Part shown: positions 28,840 through 39,470 of the stretch, one piece after another
How the letters are laid out: every line of letters begins with the position of its first letter
How positions within the stretch are numbered: position 1 is the stretch's first letter
Assembly: GCA_965215885.1 (NCBI GenBank)
Contig: CBDCEW010000097.1
Span: forward strand, 100,234-164,233
DNA: 64,000 nucleotides
Direction of reading: 5' to 3'
DNA from: Candidatus Moanibacter sp.
GTDB taxonomy: Bacteria > Verrucomicrobiota > Verrucomicrobiia > Opitutales > UBA2987
The notes under the pieces: model-generated
Seen by the model: the letters and a program-made list of their open reading frames with translations, nothing else
What the model was told of the DNA's origin: nothing
Databases searched by the model: none
Made by a program: the position numbers and the translations under genes

Positions 28840-29290
28840 ATGGCCGGAGGATGGGCCAGGGATCGTCTGGTCGCGCTCGATCGGCATTGGGGCTTCCTCA
28901 ATTGCCGTCAAGGGCGATCGAGTATACTCGATGGGGAATGAGAGGGAACGGGATATCGTGTATGCTCTTGATGCAAAGAGCGGTGAGGTAGCTTGGAAGC
29001 ATCAGTACAAGTGTAGCTTCGAGTTCAACACCGGCCGTGTCCTGTGGTCCCAAAATGGCTTCGGCACCGGTGGGATAATAATGGTCGACGAGACTCTGGT
29101 GATCCTGAACGAAGGAGGAGAATTGGTCCTGGTTCGACCCGATGGGATCCGTTATAATGAGTTGGCTAGAGGTCAGGTTCTTGGGGGGCGCAACTGGGTG
29201 GCACCGGCATTCTCAAACGGTCTTCTATATTGCCGGAAAAACCGCGGTAAGATCGTCTGTATCGACCTTTCCAAGAGAGGAGGAATTGGA
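28840..29290 (+). pseudogene. Deleted PQQ-like beta-propeller gene remnant
   Basis: Fragments VYALDAKSGEVAWK and NWVAPAFSNGLLYCR...IVCIDL; far shorter than an intact propeller. Confidence 0.7.
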
Positions 29291-29746
29291 GAGACGCGGA
29301 GACGCGGGGATGCGGAGACGGGGAGAGGGGGATGCCGATGGATCTTCCGTCTAATGATAAACGAGATCGAAAGTCGATTTCGGACAAAGACCCGAAAGAG
29401 AAAACGGAATACTCTCTGTCCCTTTCGCGCTTTTTCGCGTGTTTAGCGGGCATCACTCTTTTCCTCTTTTTCACGCTCCCTTCTTTGTCCCGGCTTGCCG
29501 GGACAAAGTGAAGAAGGGAATCCGGTTGGAACTTCCCGTCGTGATCATAATCGTGATCTAAATTCGAAAGCATTGCGCCTGAGTCCGTTCATATTCGTAG
29601 CGGAATCCGCCTGCCTCGGCGTAGCTCTGCCGCAAGGCAAAGCAAAGCGAAGACGGGGGAGGATTTCGGGTTTGGTAGGAAAGGATTCAGATTATTCATC
29701 AGTAGTGATCCTGTCGTGCCCATCAAATTCAGGGGCGTGCAGCCAT

Positions 29747-29995
29747 TCAATCCGGCGAATCCCAAATAGCTCGAGAGTTTTGTGAGTAATTCGACTTACA
29801 CTCCTTTCGGACGGCGTCGTTCCTCAGAAAGTGTTTTGCAATAAGCCCGTCGACTTGAGCATCTGAAAGGTCGAGATTAAAAGCCTCTTCGTCCATCTTT
29901 AACTGTTCCACGCATGCTTTGAAATCGGCAAGCGTCATCTCGACGATTCTTTCAAACTGTTCAGGATAGACATTTAGCTCGATCGCTAGAGTCAT
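29747..29995 (-). CDS. Hypothetical small protein
   Basis: ORF co-oriented with and downstream of the pRiA4b ORF-3 gene; the frame stays open further upstream. Confidence 0.4.
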   Translation of the reverse strand: MTLAIELNVYPEQFERIVEMTLADFKACVEQLKMDEEAFNLDLSDAQVDGLIAKHFLRNDAVRKECKSNYSQNSRAIWDSPD

Positions 29996-30074
29996 TCCAA
30001 CGCCTTTGAGTAGTGCTAGAACCGCACCGTACTGTTCCTTATCTTCCCGGGATGTTGGCAGACCGTTATGATGC

Positions 30075-31340
30075 TCAATCCCAGGAAGAATACTGATCGG
30101 GAGGTTCGCCGTGGGACTCCAATACTCGAACCTGATTAGACGTGGGATCGGGCGGATCGACTTTTTCCAGTTTCAAAAAGAACTCCCAATTATCTCCGAA
30201 ATCGAAGTTGAAATCGACTGTAGCCCTCGCACGCAGGCCCATTCCTCCGATTTGTACGCTTTTACAAGATGGACCTTCCTCCATGCCGGGATGGTAGGCA
30301 CTGGCGAGTTTTCCGTATTGGTTGTTCCAGACGAATCCATACAGATGACCCTTATCCGAAAACGCGAAGGCATCGAGGATGGCATCGGCCATTTCGTCGA
30401 GCGTCGCTGCGGCGGAGGCCGCAATTTTCCGGTAGGCTCGGTTGCTGTAAAGGCGCGGCTCTAGAGCGACCTTGAAAATGTAAAGACCGTCCCTGAAGGA
30501 CTTCACTTTACGAGGCCAGATCCGCTTCAACTCGGGGAAACTGGTGTTAAAGGCGGGCACAAGAAATCCGAAATCCGAATCGTCTGGAAGTTGCATGGCG
30601 AGTTGAAACATCTCATCCCGAATCGTCTCAAAAAAAGCCTGAAGCACCTCTCTCATGGCGTCGCCGAAGGGAGTCAGTCTTGCCCTGGAGGGGAGCCAAC
30701 CTTTTGGGTAATCGGGACTACGGGGTTTTCTGTATTCTGTTACCTCAATGAGTCCGAACATCTTCGCCGCCAGCATGTTCCAAGTGGAAGTGTATCCGGG
30801 AAATTCGAAAGTAAACATCATTGGTTCGTATGTTTTCCAACTCTTTCCGACCCCGCGGGTTAAGAAGAGCCAGACGGAGCCAAACTGATTATAATAGGTC
30901 TGCTCTTGAGATGCAAAAACGCTGGGATCGGCGTGGATGACCCAGGCTTCCAGACAGGCGAAGTATCTCTCCGTCTGATTCATGGCTTTCCATCGTTTCA
31001 TGGCGGAGGAATTTATCCGAATTCGAGCTGTCTCTGAAGTTCGGCTTCCTTTCTTCCTCACGATTCGGTGCTCGAGTAGCCCGAGGGATCGAAGGATGAC
31101 GAAAAGCGCGGTAATATTCGGGTAGTGTTTCAGAAGCGCGCGCTTCAGTTCCAGATTGATGGAAGTGTGCAGTGCCTCATTTATTCTGGGCAGAATCGAC
31201 GGTGGGATGTTGCCCTGTTTGCTTTTTGTTGTGATCCCCTCACTCCCAATGAATTCCAGAATTACCTCAACATCATGCAGGAGTGAGCCGGGCGCGGTCT
31301 CGTTGATTTGAAACGACTTGAGATATTCGTCGGCTTTCAT
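30075..31340 (-). CDS. Plasmid pRiA4b ORF-3 family protein
   Basis: C-terminal YIFKV...TLDEMADAILDAF...HLYGF...FDFGDNWEF...GEPPDQY. Confidence 0.85.
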   Translation of the reverse strand: MKADEYLKSFQINETAPGSLLHDVEVILEFIGSEGITTKSKQGNIPPSILPRINEALHTSINLELKRALLKHYPNITALFVILRSLGLLEHRIVRKKGSRTSETARIRINSSAMKRWKAMNQTERYFACLEAWVIHADPSVFASQEQTYYNQFGSVWLFLTRGVGKSWKTYEPMMFTFEFPGYTSTWNMLAAKMFGLIEVTEYRKPRSPDYPKGWLPSRARLTPFGDAMREVLQAFFETIRDEMFQLAMQLPDDSDFGFLVPAFNTSFPELKRIWPRKVKSFRDGLYIFKVALEPRLYSNRAYRKIAASAAATLDEMADAILDAFAFSDKGHLYGFVWNNQYGKLASAYHPGMEEGPSCKSVQIGGMGLRARATVDFNFDFGDNWEFFLKLEKVDPPDPTSNQVRVLESHGEPPDQYSSWD

Positions 31341-31970
31341 TCCAGATTCGTCCCCGTAGAAAGTAGTGCTCCGCTTGGAGGAATACAAGGTGGGACTGAC
31401 CGAGTTTAGCAATCGCAAGTTCAGCGATGCGGAGAAGTGCTTTCAGGAAGTGATCAGAATGCGAAGAGATGGTGACGGACCATCGAAATGAGTGCGGCTA
31501 TATTCGTTTTGCAGAAGGGCGTTCGAATGACTATCCCTCCAGGCGAAGTTGGAGGGGAGGCGTCCGGTATCTGAATCACTTTGTGAATTTGTCTGCGCCT
31601 CCGATATTATTTATATAATCCGGGTTAATTCCCCAAAAATGTTAAATAATATATTTTCGTTACCGCATGCGGCGGGTCAATTGCCGGCGGTGCGGGGTGA
31701 ATGAAGAGGTTGGGCCAAGGGCAAGAAAGTTGGCCAATGCAATTCTCGTTGGGGGCTCAAACGGCGCATTAAAGGGTGTGGTGATGGGAGTCTCTGTGTT
31801 GAGGTCGGAAAGAACTGATCGGCTAGTATAACCACCGATCTCCCCTCTGCTTGAGGCATCTTACAGTTTCCAGAGTGCGGAAAGCGATTGGGTGATTCAG
31901 CGTGAATATGGAACAGTGTGAACCTTGAATAGGCTTTACAGCCCCGGCGTTCGATATTGGTCTCTAGTCC

Positions 31971-34259
31971 GTGCATCTCACATCAACCAGAACTGGATGG
32001 ACAGTGCCTCTCTGGTTTCTGACTCCGTTCATTTTGTTGACTCAGGCGGACCTCGGTCAATCGGCGACAGATCCGGTCGATCGATATATCGGTTGGAATC
32101 ATTGGCGCGGACCTGAAGAGAATGGGACTTCACGTGAAACGAGTCTTCCGGATGACTGGAGTTTGGAAGGGAGGAATCTGCTTTGGACTTATGATATTTC
32201 GGGAGGGGGAACACCGGTTGTCGCAAATGAGCGCGTCTTTGTGTTCGGATACAGGGGAGAAGGTTCGGATCTTCAGGAGGTGCTTCTCTGCCTGAATGCC
32301 CAGACGGGAGAGCGTATCTGGGAGCGACGGTTCAGCGACTTTCTGAGTGACATCGTTTATAATCGCTATGCTATCGGCTCTCCCGCGATCGACCCGGAGA
32401 CGGGAAATGTCTATCTGTTAACCAGTGCAGGCCTCCTTTTGGGAATTAGCTGGGACGGGGAAGCGCTCTGGGAACGCTCCATGATGGAGGAGTATGGACG
32501 CCTTACGTTTCCTAACGGTCGTACAGGAAGCCCGTCAATTGCGGGGGATCTTGTAATCGTTCATGGTATCACGACGGCCTGGGGCAAGCTCGGACCTGCG
32601 CGGGACCGCTACTATGCTTTCGAAAAGAAGACCGGCGATCTGGTGTGGGCATCCCAGCCCGGGGTTCAGCCAAAAGACAGCTCCTTTACTCCGTTAACGT
32701 TTGGCTGGTTGGATGGGCGCAGGGTATTCTATTCCGGTACCGGGTGCGGAAACGTAGTCTGTGTCGATGTATTTACGGGTCAGCCCCTTTGGCGTTTTCA
32801 GCTCTCTCGAGGCGGAATCAATTCGGCAGTCCTGTTAGCGGGAGAAGATCGAGTGGTAGCGATTCACGGCAAAGAGAATCTCGATACATCCACCATTGGA
32901 GGGATGGTGGCGTTGAAGGTACCGCGCAGTATTCCGGAAGACACCAAGCTGCCGCTCGTGCTGGGCGAGGAGGCTGTTCTCTGGCGAAATGAACTCGAAT
33001 CATTTACCAGTTCGCCCGTGCTTCACGGCGATCGAATCTATCAGATCGTGCGAACGGGGGAACTGAAGAGTGTCGATCTTAATTCCGGAAGGGTGGAATG
33101 GTCGTTAAAGCTCTCGCAGGATCAATTGCACGCATCACCTCTGTGGGCGGACGAAAAACTCTACGTGCCGATGTTGGACGGCGGATTCTATATCATTCGT
33201 CCCGGGGAGAGAGATGCTGAAGTAATCAGTAAAGTTCAGCTGGAGGGAAACTGTAATGGTGCGCCTGCCGCTTACGGTGGACGAGTATTCGTACTAACAA
33301 AAAAGAAGCTCTATTGCTTTGGCTCGGTGGAGCGGCCAGTCGCCAGAGAGAGCGTCAGGCCCGTTCTGATTCGATCCCAACGGCCCGGTGCGTTACAAAT
33401 TGTTCCCGCGGAATTCGCTGGCAGTCCCGGATCCAGTATCGAATTATTCACCGTCGAATGGAGTGATTTCGGCGGAATCCGTAAGCTCGAGCAACCCCTT
33501 GCATGGTCTGGATTGAACTCCAAAACGGGTGTGATAAACTCTTCCGGGCGGCTCACAATTCAAAGGGACGCAAAGGTCTCCGCTATTACTTTAACCGGGG
33601 AATCCAAAGATCGACGGGGGAGGGTGCGAGGGCGAATTCTACCCAATCTTCCCTACGCGGAAGATTTTAATTCCTCTAATCTGACTGAAAATTCACCAAA
33701 GGGGTATGCGTTCTCTTATCCGCCTGCGCCGTGGTTGGGGGCGCGGTTGCGTTGGCAGATAATTGAACACGGAAGTGAAAGGGTCCTGGCAAACACTCTC
33801 GAGCGCGTTTTGTTTCAAAGAACTACGACATTTATCGGGCACCCTGATATGAGCGACTATATCATGCAGGCGGACGTCATGAGCGACGGCAATAGACGGG
33901 TGCTTTCAAATGTCGGCATCATTAATCAGAGGTATAATGCCTCCCTCATAGGAAACTGGCAGATTCTCGAAATCGTATCGAACCATGATCGGCTGAAAGT
34001 CTCCGTGCCTTTTGAATTTAGAGCTTCTGTGTGGTACCGCCTGAAGATGAAGGTCGAAACCGAGGCAGACGGTAGCGGGGTGATTCGGGCCAAGGCTTGG
34101 GAGCGGAGTCTACCTGAACCTGACGAATGGACGATTGAAGCTCTCCACATAAACGCACATCGAAATGGATCACCTGGACTCTACGCCTTCTCTCCGCAAA
34201 GCCAGAAACGCGTCTACGTTGACAATATTGTTGTTACCCCGAGTGGCCGAAAAGAGTAG
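31971..34259 (+). CDS. Secreted PQQ-like beta-propeller protein with an extra C-terminal beta-sandwich domain
   Basis: Signal peptide; WNHWRGP; repeated S/TP...G.V...D..TG...W motifs. Confidence 0.88.
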   Translation: MHLTSTRTGWTVPLWFLTPFILLTQADLGQSATDPVDRYIGWNHWRGPEENGTSRETSLPDDWSLEGRNLLWTYDISGGGTPVVANERVFVFGYRGEGSDLQEVLLCLNAQTGERIWERRFSDFLSDIVYNRYAIGSPAIDPETGNVYLLTSAGLLLGISWDGEALWERSMMEEYGRLTFPNGRTGSPSIAGDLVIVHGITTAWGKLGPARDRYYAFEKKTGDLVWASQPGVQPKDSSFTPLTFGWLDGRRVFYSGTGCGNVVCVDVFTGQPLWRFQLSRGGINSAVLLAGEDRVVAIHGKENLDTSTIGGMVALKVPRSIPEDTKLPLVLGEEAVLWRNELESFTSSPVLHGDRIYQIVRTGELKSVDLNSGRVEWSLKLSQDQLHASPLWADEKLYVPMLDGGFYIIRPGERDAEVISKVQLEGNCNGAPAAYGGRVFVLTKKKLYCFGSVERPVARESVRPVLIRSQRPGALQIVPAEFAGSPGSSIELFTVEWSDFGGIRKLEQPLAWSGLNSKTGVINSSGRLTIQRDAKVSAITLTGESKDRRGRVRGRILPNLPYAEDFNSSNLTENSPKGYAFSYPPAPWLGARLRWQIIEHGSERVLANTLERVLFQRTTTFIGHPDMSDYIMQADVMSDGNRRVLSNVGIINQRYNASLIGNWQILEIVSNHDRLKVSVPFEFRASVWYRLKMKVETEADGSGVIRAKAWERSLPEPDEWTIEALHINAHRNGSPGLYAFSPQSQKRVYVDNIVVTPSGRKE

Positions 34260-34297
34260 CCCAGCAAGCCAGGATCGGTCTTTATGACTCTTTTGAA

Positions 34298-35851
34298 ATG
34301 AACTCATTTTTCAGAATCAGCTTATTCCTGGTGGTAGCTACGTTATCGCCATCCGGACAGGGTGCCGAATGGCCGATGTGGGGGCGCGACCACACTCGCA
34401 ATATGGCCTCGCCCGTTCGCAACCTGCTTGACGAATTCGATCCAGGAGAACCAATCGAAAATAGCGAGGAGATAGACCCGGCGACTACCAAAGGCGTGCG
34501 ATGGGTGGCAAAATTGGGTTCTCAATCCTACGGAAACGTGTCCGTTGCTGGTGGAAAAGTATTCGTCGGCACGAATAACGAGACGCCGAGGGATCCCGAT
34601 ATTGTTGGCGATCGTGGGGTCGTCATGTGTTTCGATGAGCGTTCGGGAGAATTACTCTGGCAGCTGATTGTTCCTAAACTTGGAGCGGGCAAAGTAAGTG
34701 ACTGGGAGTATATTGGAATCTGTTCTTCGCCCGCCGTTGTAGAAGATTCAGCCTACGTTATTACAAACCGGGGCGAGGTCGTTTGCCTGGATGTAAATGG
34801 ATTGGGCGATGGAAATTCCGGACCTTTTATGGATGAAGGAATTTATATGGCAGGACCGGGAAAAGATCCCGTGGAGGTAAAAAATCAGCATGCCGATATC
34901 GTTTGGACATTTGATATTCGCGACGAACTTGGAGTGTTTCCTCACAATATCACGAGTAGCTCCGCACTCGTTGTCGATCAACGGTTGTATACTTCGACCT
35001 CTAACGGAGTCGACTGGTCTCACACTAATATTCCGGCTCCGTTTGCGCCTAGTCTTATCGTACTCGACAAGAAAAATGGGGGGCTAATCGGCGAGGAGAA
35101 TACAGGGGTCAGCCGGCGGTCACTTCACGCCAGCTGGTCATCGGCAGCCTATGGTGTGGTGAATGGTAAAGGAATGATCATTTGGGGTGGCTCGGACGGT
35201 TGGTGCTATGGTTTCGCTCCAGCCCCCGAGAGAGGAGAGGACGGGCTGAGCTACCTCAAGGAGTTATGGCGATACGATTGTAATGCGCCGGACTATCGGT
35301 CCAAGGATGGCAAACCGATCCGGTATGCTACCTATGGAGGTCCGAGTGAGGTCATCGCCACGCCGGTCTTCTACAATGGTCGTGCCTATGTATCGATCGG
35401 CCAGGATCCGGAACATGGTGACGGAGTGGGCCGGTTGAGTTGCATCGATTTGACAAAACGAGGCGATATAAGTCGAGACGGCGCGGTGTGGACCTACCGG
35501 GACATCGGGCGGAGTATATCAACCGTCTCTATTGCTGAAGGCCTCCTCTACATCGCTGAATATGCCGGAAAGATTCATTGTCTTGACGCCGATACCGGCG
35601 AACGTTTCTGGGTTCATGAAACAGACAGTCGTATCTGGGGTTCCACTCTCGCAGCTGATGGTAAAGTCTACGTCGGCACGGAGGATGGAGATCTCGTCAT
35701 TCTGAAATCGGGTAGAGAGCGGAAACTGCTTAACCAGATTCATTTTGGCTCTCCAATCTATAGTACTCCAGTGGCGGCCAACGGCGTACTGTATGTTGCC
35801 ACTCAGAGCCATCTCTATGCCATAGGCGATGACCATGAAACAGGACCCTGA
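34298..35851 (+). CDS. Secreted PQQ-like beta-propeller protein
   Basis: Signal peptide; EWPMWGRDHTRN; propeller repeats. Confidence 0.88.
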   Translation: MNSFFRISLFLVVATLSPSGQGAEWPMWGRDHTRNMASPVRNLLDEFDPGEPIENSEEIDPATTKGVRWVAKLGSQSYGNVSVAGGKVFVGTNNETPRDPDIVGDRGVVMCFDERSGELLWQLIVPKLGAGKVSDWEYIGICSSPAVVEDSAYVITNRGEVVCLDVNGLGDGNSGPFMDEGIYMAGPGKDPVEVKNQHADIVWTFDIRDELGVFPHNITSSSALVVDQRLYTSTSNGVDWSHTNIPAPFAPSLIVLDKKNGGLIGEENTGVSRRSLHASWSSAAYGVVNGKGMIIWGGSDGWCYGFAPAPERGEDGLSYLKELWRYDCNAPDYRSKDGKPIRYATYGGPSEVIATPVFYNGRAYVSIGQDPEHGDGVGRLSCIDLTKRGDISRDGAVWTYRDIGRSISTVSIAEGLLYIAEYAGKIHCLDADTGERFWVHETDSRIWGSTLAADGKVYVGTEDGDLVILKSGRERKLLNQIHFGSPIYSTPVAANGVLYVATQSHLYAIGDDHETGP

Positions 35852-36056
35852 TACTCGGCGTGTTTTCGCATATCTCTTTTTGGTGTTACTGTTTATTTTC
35901 CACCAGGACTTCTGGTTGTGGAAAAACGGTACACTTGTGTTTGGCTTTATTCCCGCCGGTCTTGCCTATCATATGGCATTTTCACTGTTGTCGGCATTGG
36001 CCTGGTATCTAGCGGTTCGCTTTGCCTGGCCGGCTGAATTGGAAGAAGGTCAATGA
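35829..36056 (+). CDS. Small two-TM membrane protein (DUF3311-like SSS partner)
   Basis: HQDFWLW...LVFGFIPAGLAYH; lies upstream of the SSS gene. Confidence 0.8.
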   Translation: MTMKQDPDTRRVFAYLFLVLLFIFHQDFWLWKNGTLVFGFIPAGLAYHMAFSLLSALAWYLAVRFAWPAELEEGQ

Positions 36057-36272
36057 AAACTCCCCGTCCCGACTAGCCATGGACGGCGTATCTAACACTT
36101 TCGCCATTTGGATAGAATTTGCCTATGCTTTACTCGAAGTTTTTACGAACGTCCCCGGAGGGGCCGTTCCACCACGAGCATCCTTGCTACTGGTGGATCG
36201 GGCGCTCCGCGCACGATGATGCTTGAGAAAGTCAGTGACCCCGTCCCGGCGTGCCGGGACAGGGAATTACCA
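36052..36272 (+). repeat. Hairpin-ended ~220-bp element (PATE-like), copy B
   Basis: Hairpins at both ends; homologous to 23724-23917. Confidence 0.8.
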
Positions 36273-36286
36273 AGTTAAAGAAGACG

Positions 36287-37786
36287 ATGACTCCATTGAT
36301 AATAATTGCCGGCTACCTGCTCCTCCTATTCGCTTTGGGGCAGCTGAGCGGTCGCTACTTTCGCGGCACGACGAGCGACTTCTTCGTCGCGAGCCGTTCT
36401 ATCGGTCCGTTTGTTCTCCTGATGTCGATATTTGGCACGACGATGACGGCATTTGCAATGGTTGGGAGCACGGGAGAAGCCTATCGGGTGGGAATCGGTC
36501 CTTACGGATTGATGGCATCCTGGTCCGGCCTGATCCACTCGGGTTGCTTTTTCTTCATCGGATTAAAGCTCTGGTCGATCGGCCGAAAGCACGGTTACCA
36601 CACGCAGATTCAGTTTTTTCGGGAGAGATTTGAAAGCAATGCCATCGGTTATCTCCTGTTTCCCATCCTCGTCGGACTCGTGATCCCCTACCTCCTGATT
36701 GGACTGCTGGGAGCCGGAATTCTGCTGCGGGCTGTTACGGTTGGTGCCTTTCCAGAGTTATTTCCGGACACCCGTGGTGCGATTCCACCTTGGCTGACAG
36801 CGGCAGTGGTGTCTCTTGTCGTTTTAACCTATGTCTGCCGGGGTGGAGTCCGGAGTGCGGCCTGGGCCAACACATTTCAAACTCTCATTTTCATGGCGAT
36901 GGCACTGTTCGCATTTTTTGTGATAGCACGAGAACTGGGAGGCCCGGTTGCGGCCACTCAGGCTGCGGACCCGAGTAAGCTGATCCGCGAGGGAAATATG
37001 TCACAGGTGCAATTTTTTACCTATTGCTTCATTCCCCTCTCGGTGGGCATGTTTCCCCATCTTTTCCAACATTGGCTCACCGCACGATCGGCCAAGACTT
37101 TTCGACTGACCCTCGTCGCGCACCCTCTCTGCATTATGATTACCTGGATTCCTTGTATACTTATTGGATTGTGGGCGACCGGCGCGATGAAACATGGCGT
37201 TCCGGTCATCTCGGAAGGGGTCAGTCCTAACGCGGCCCTAGGCCTCATGGTAGGGAAATTGACTGACCCGCTGATCGGCGGGCTCGTTGCCGCGGGCGTT
37301 CTCGCCGCCATCATGTCATCGCTTGATTCTCAGTTTGTTTGTCTTGGCACGATGTTTACTCAGGATGTTGTCCTCCACGCCTGTGGACGCGATCGTTTCT
37401 CGGACCGCCAGGTGGTGATGATGGCGCGAGGATTTATTTTCCTGATAGTATTAATCACATTCGGCTTCTCCCTCTTCGAGCCGCGTCAGATCTTTGCTCT
37501 AGGAGTCTGGTGCTTCAGCGGGTTTGCCTCCCTCTTTCCACTCGTATTCGCGTCGCTTTACTGGAAACGCGTTACTCGCGCGGGGGCTCTGTCGGGTATT
37601 GTTGCTGTCGCTCTCGCCTGGTTTTTCCTCTTTCGCGCTTCCGGATATGGGGCGCAACGCGAATTTCTGATCGCTGGCGCGATGCCAGTAGTCTTCATTT
37701 TTTTGGCGGGTGCGCTCGTTCTCGTCGTCGTGTCCCTTTTTACAAGTCCGCCCGAGGAGAAGACCATTCGAAAGTTTTTCGCGTAG
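36287..37786 (+). CDS. Sodium:solute symporter family protein
   Basis: Many TM helices; FFVASRSIG, GGVRSAAWANTFQ and AAIMSSLDSQ. Confidence 0.93.
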   Translation: MTPLIIIAGYLLLLFALGQLSGRYFRGTTSDFFVASRSIGPFVLLMSIFGTTMTAFAMVGSTGEAYRVGIGPYGLMASWSGLIHSGCFFFIGLKLWSIGRKHGYHTQIQFFRERFESNAIGYLLFPILVGLVIPYLLIGLLGAGILLRAVTVGAFPELFPDTRGAIPPWLTAAVVSLVVLTYVCRGGVRSAAWANTFQTLIFMAMALFAFFVIARELGGPVAATQAADPSKLIREGNMSQVQFFTYCFIPLSVGMFPHLFQHWLTARSAKTFRLTLVAHPLCIMITWIPCILIGLWATGAMKHGVPVISEGVSPNAALGLMVGKLTDPLIGGLVAAGVLAAIMSSLDSQFVCLGTMFTQDVVLHACGRDRFSDRQVVMMARGFIFLIVLITFGFSLFEPRQIFALGVWCFSGFASLFPLVFASLYWKRVTRAGALSGIVAVALAWFFLFRASGYGAQREFLIAGAMPVVFIFLAGALVLVVVSLFTSPPEEKTIRKFFA

Positions 37787-37900
37787 CGGTAATTCCCTGT
37801 ATCTGTGGCTGAATGGCTGCTGATGTGAAACTCTGATTTGCTTGTGGGTTGGCGACCGATTGATTACAATGATTTTATGATGGGAACTGGCTTGGAAAGA

Positions 37901-37960
37901 ACCCACCCCTGGCCCCTCCGTGGAGGGGATAACCCACCCCTGCACCTCCCGGGAGGGGAA
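37901..37960. repeat. Tandem pair of ACCCACCCCT...GGAGGGG hairpin repeats
   Basis: Two units visible directly upstream of ORF 37969. Confidence 0.65.
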
Positions 37961-37968
37961 CTTGATCA

Positions 37969-39057
37969 ATGAGTTCAGAGACTCAATCCATGAAGAGTGA
38001 GATAGAGAAGGCAGTCGAAGCGCTCGACGTCCATACGCGCGAAATCGTGGAATGGCATTTTTCTCCAGACACGGGAACTCCCTTCTGGCTCAACTGGGCT
38101 GCCGGTCAGGATTGGAATCCGGCTGACGAAATTCAGACATTTAGTGACTTGAGGCGTTTCCCACACTTTGAAGACGTGTGGTTGAGAGACGAACCTAACG
38201 AGAGCTGGATACCGAAGGCCTATCGAGGAAAGCCGTTTAAAGTTTTCGAAACCGGTGGCACCACCGGCCTTCCCAAGCAGCGCCTCAGTTGGGAAGATCA
38301 TCTCATCGATTATGACGAATTTTCCAGGGAACTGGATGAGGATGCATTTCCGTTTGGTGGCAACTGGCTCATGCTTGGACCAACCGGACCGCGCCGGCTT
38401 CGAATTGCGATTGAACACCTGGCGAACAGCCGGGGAGGGATATGCTACTTCGTCGACCTCGATGCTCGGTGGGTTAAAAAGCTGATTGCCTCGAGAAATT
38501 TCGATCAGGCAAACGCTTATAAAGACCACGTCGTTGAACAGGGTGTCCAATTAATCAGACACCGGAATATCTCCTGTCTCTTTACGACGCCAAAACTCCT
38601 TGAAGCGCTGGGAGAGCGACTCTCTATAGCTGATCTGGGAGTTAAGGGAGTCTTCTGCGGAGGAACTACGATGTCGCCGCAGGTGGTAAGGTTTCTCATC
38701 GAAGAAGTGCTCGAGAATCGAGTCTCTCTCGTACCTACTTACGGCAATACCCTTATGGGACTGGCACGCAGTCGGCCGCTTCGGCCGGAGGACGGGTATA
38801 GCGTGACCTATGCTGCGCCGCAACCGCGGGCTGTCTTACTGGTAGTTGATAAAATGGATCCGGAAAGGCAGGTGGAATATGGTGAGTGTGGTCGAGTCGA
38901 ACTTACGACGCTGACGAAGGAATTCTTCATGCCGCGATTCCTGGAACGCGATGAGGCCATCCGTCGTCCTCCTTGCCCCGGTTTTCCCTGGGATGGTGTA
39001 GGTGAAGTGCGGCCTCTCGGGAGTATGGAGAAGGATGTGGTAGAAGGAGTATACTAG
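37969..39057 (+). CDS. Truncated AMP-forming ligase-like protein (GriC/EhpF-like)
   Basis: Motifs WHFSPDTGTPFW, FETGGTTGLPK, PTYGNTLMG and ERD; lacks the C-terminal subdomain of full ligases. Confidence 0.75.
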   Translation: MSSETQSMKSEIEKAVEALDVHTREIVEWHFSPDTGTPFWLNWAAGQDWNPADEIQTFSDLRRFPHFEDVWLRDEPNESWIPKAYRGKPFKVFETGGTTGLPKQRLSWEDHLIDYDEFSRELDEDAFPFGGNWLMLGPTGPRRLRIAIEHLANSRGGICYFVDLDARWVKKLIASRNFDQANAYKDHVVEQGVQLIRHRNISCLFTTPKLLEALGERLSIADLGVKGVFCGGTTMSPQVVRFLIEEVLENRVSLVPTYGNTLMGLARSRPLRPEDGYSVTYAAPQPRAVLLVVDKMDPERQVEYGECGRVELTTLTKEFFMPRFLERDEAIRRPPCPGFPWDGVGEVRPLGSMEKDVVEGVY

Positions 39058-39292
39058 GAAGTTTGTTGAATCGTAACTAAAGCGGGGTCACAGAGCGTCA
39101 CAGAGAACCAGGGAGAGCTGAACAGAAGGAAACACAGAGAGAAACTGAGAATAGAAGCCGAATCCTCCGGGCGCGCCAGGATCTGGAAACATCTTTCGAC
39201 GTGAGGTCGATCGGGATCAGCATGACCGCGGATTTCACGGATGGCACGGATAGAGAGAAGAATTAGATCTAGCAGTCGCAAAATGGAGAATA

Positions 39293-39470
39293 GGGAGTCG
39301 ATCCAGCTGAGCGGAACCAACTCGCTTATGCGAGTCGAGAAACGCGAAGAAGAGCTTTCCCAAAAGCGCTATTCGTGGTTTAAAATGCATTCGCGCTCTT
39401 GGAAAAGCTCTTCTTCGCGTTTCAGGCTCTGCCCTACAGCAGAGTAGTCCCGCTCAGCTGGATCGACTCC
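39293..39470. repeat. Long imperfect inverted repeat (MITE-like)
   Basis: GGAGTCGATCCAGCTGAGCGG...CCGCTCAGCTGGATCGACTCC with inner GAAACGCGAAGAAGAGCTTT / AAAGCTCTTCTTCGCGTTTC. Confidence 0.85.
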
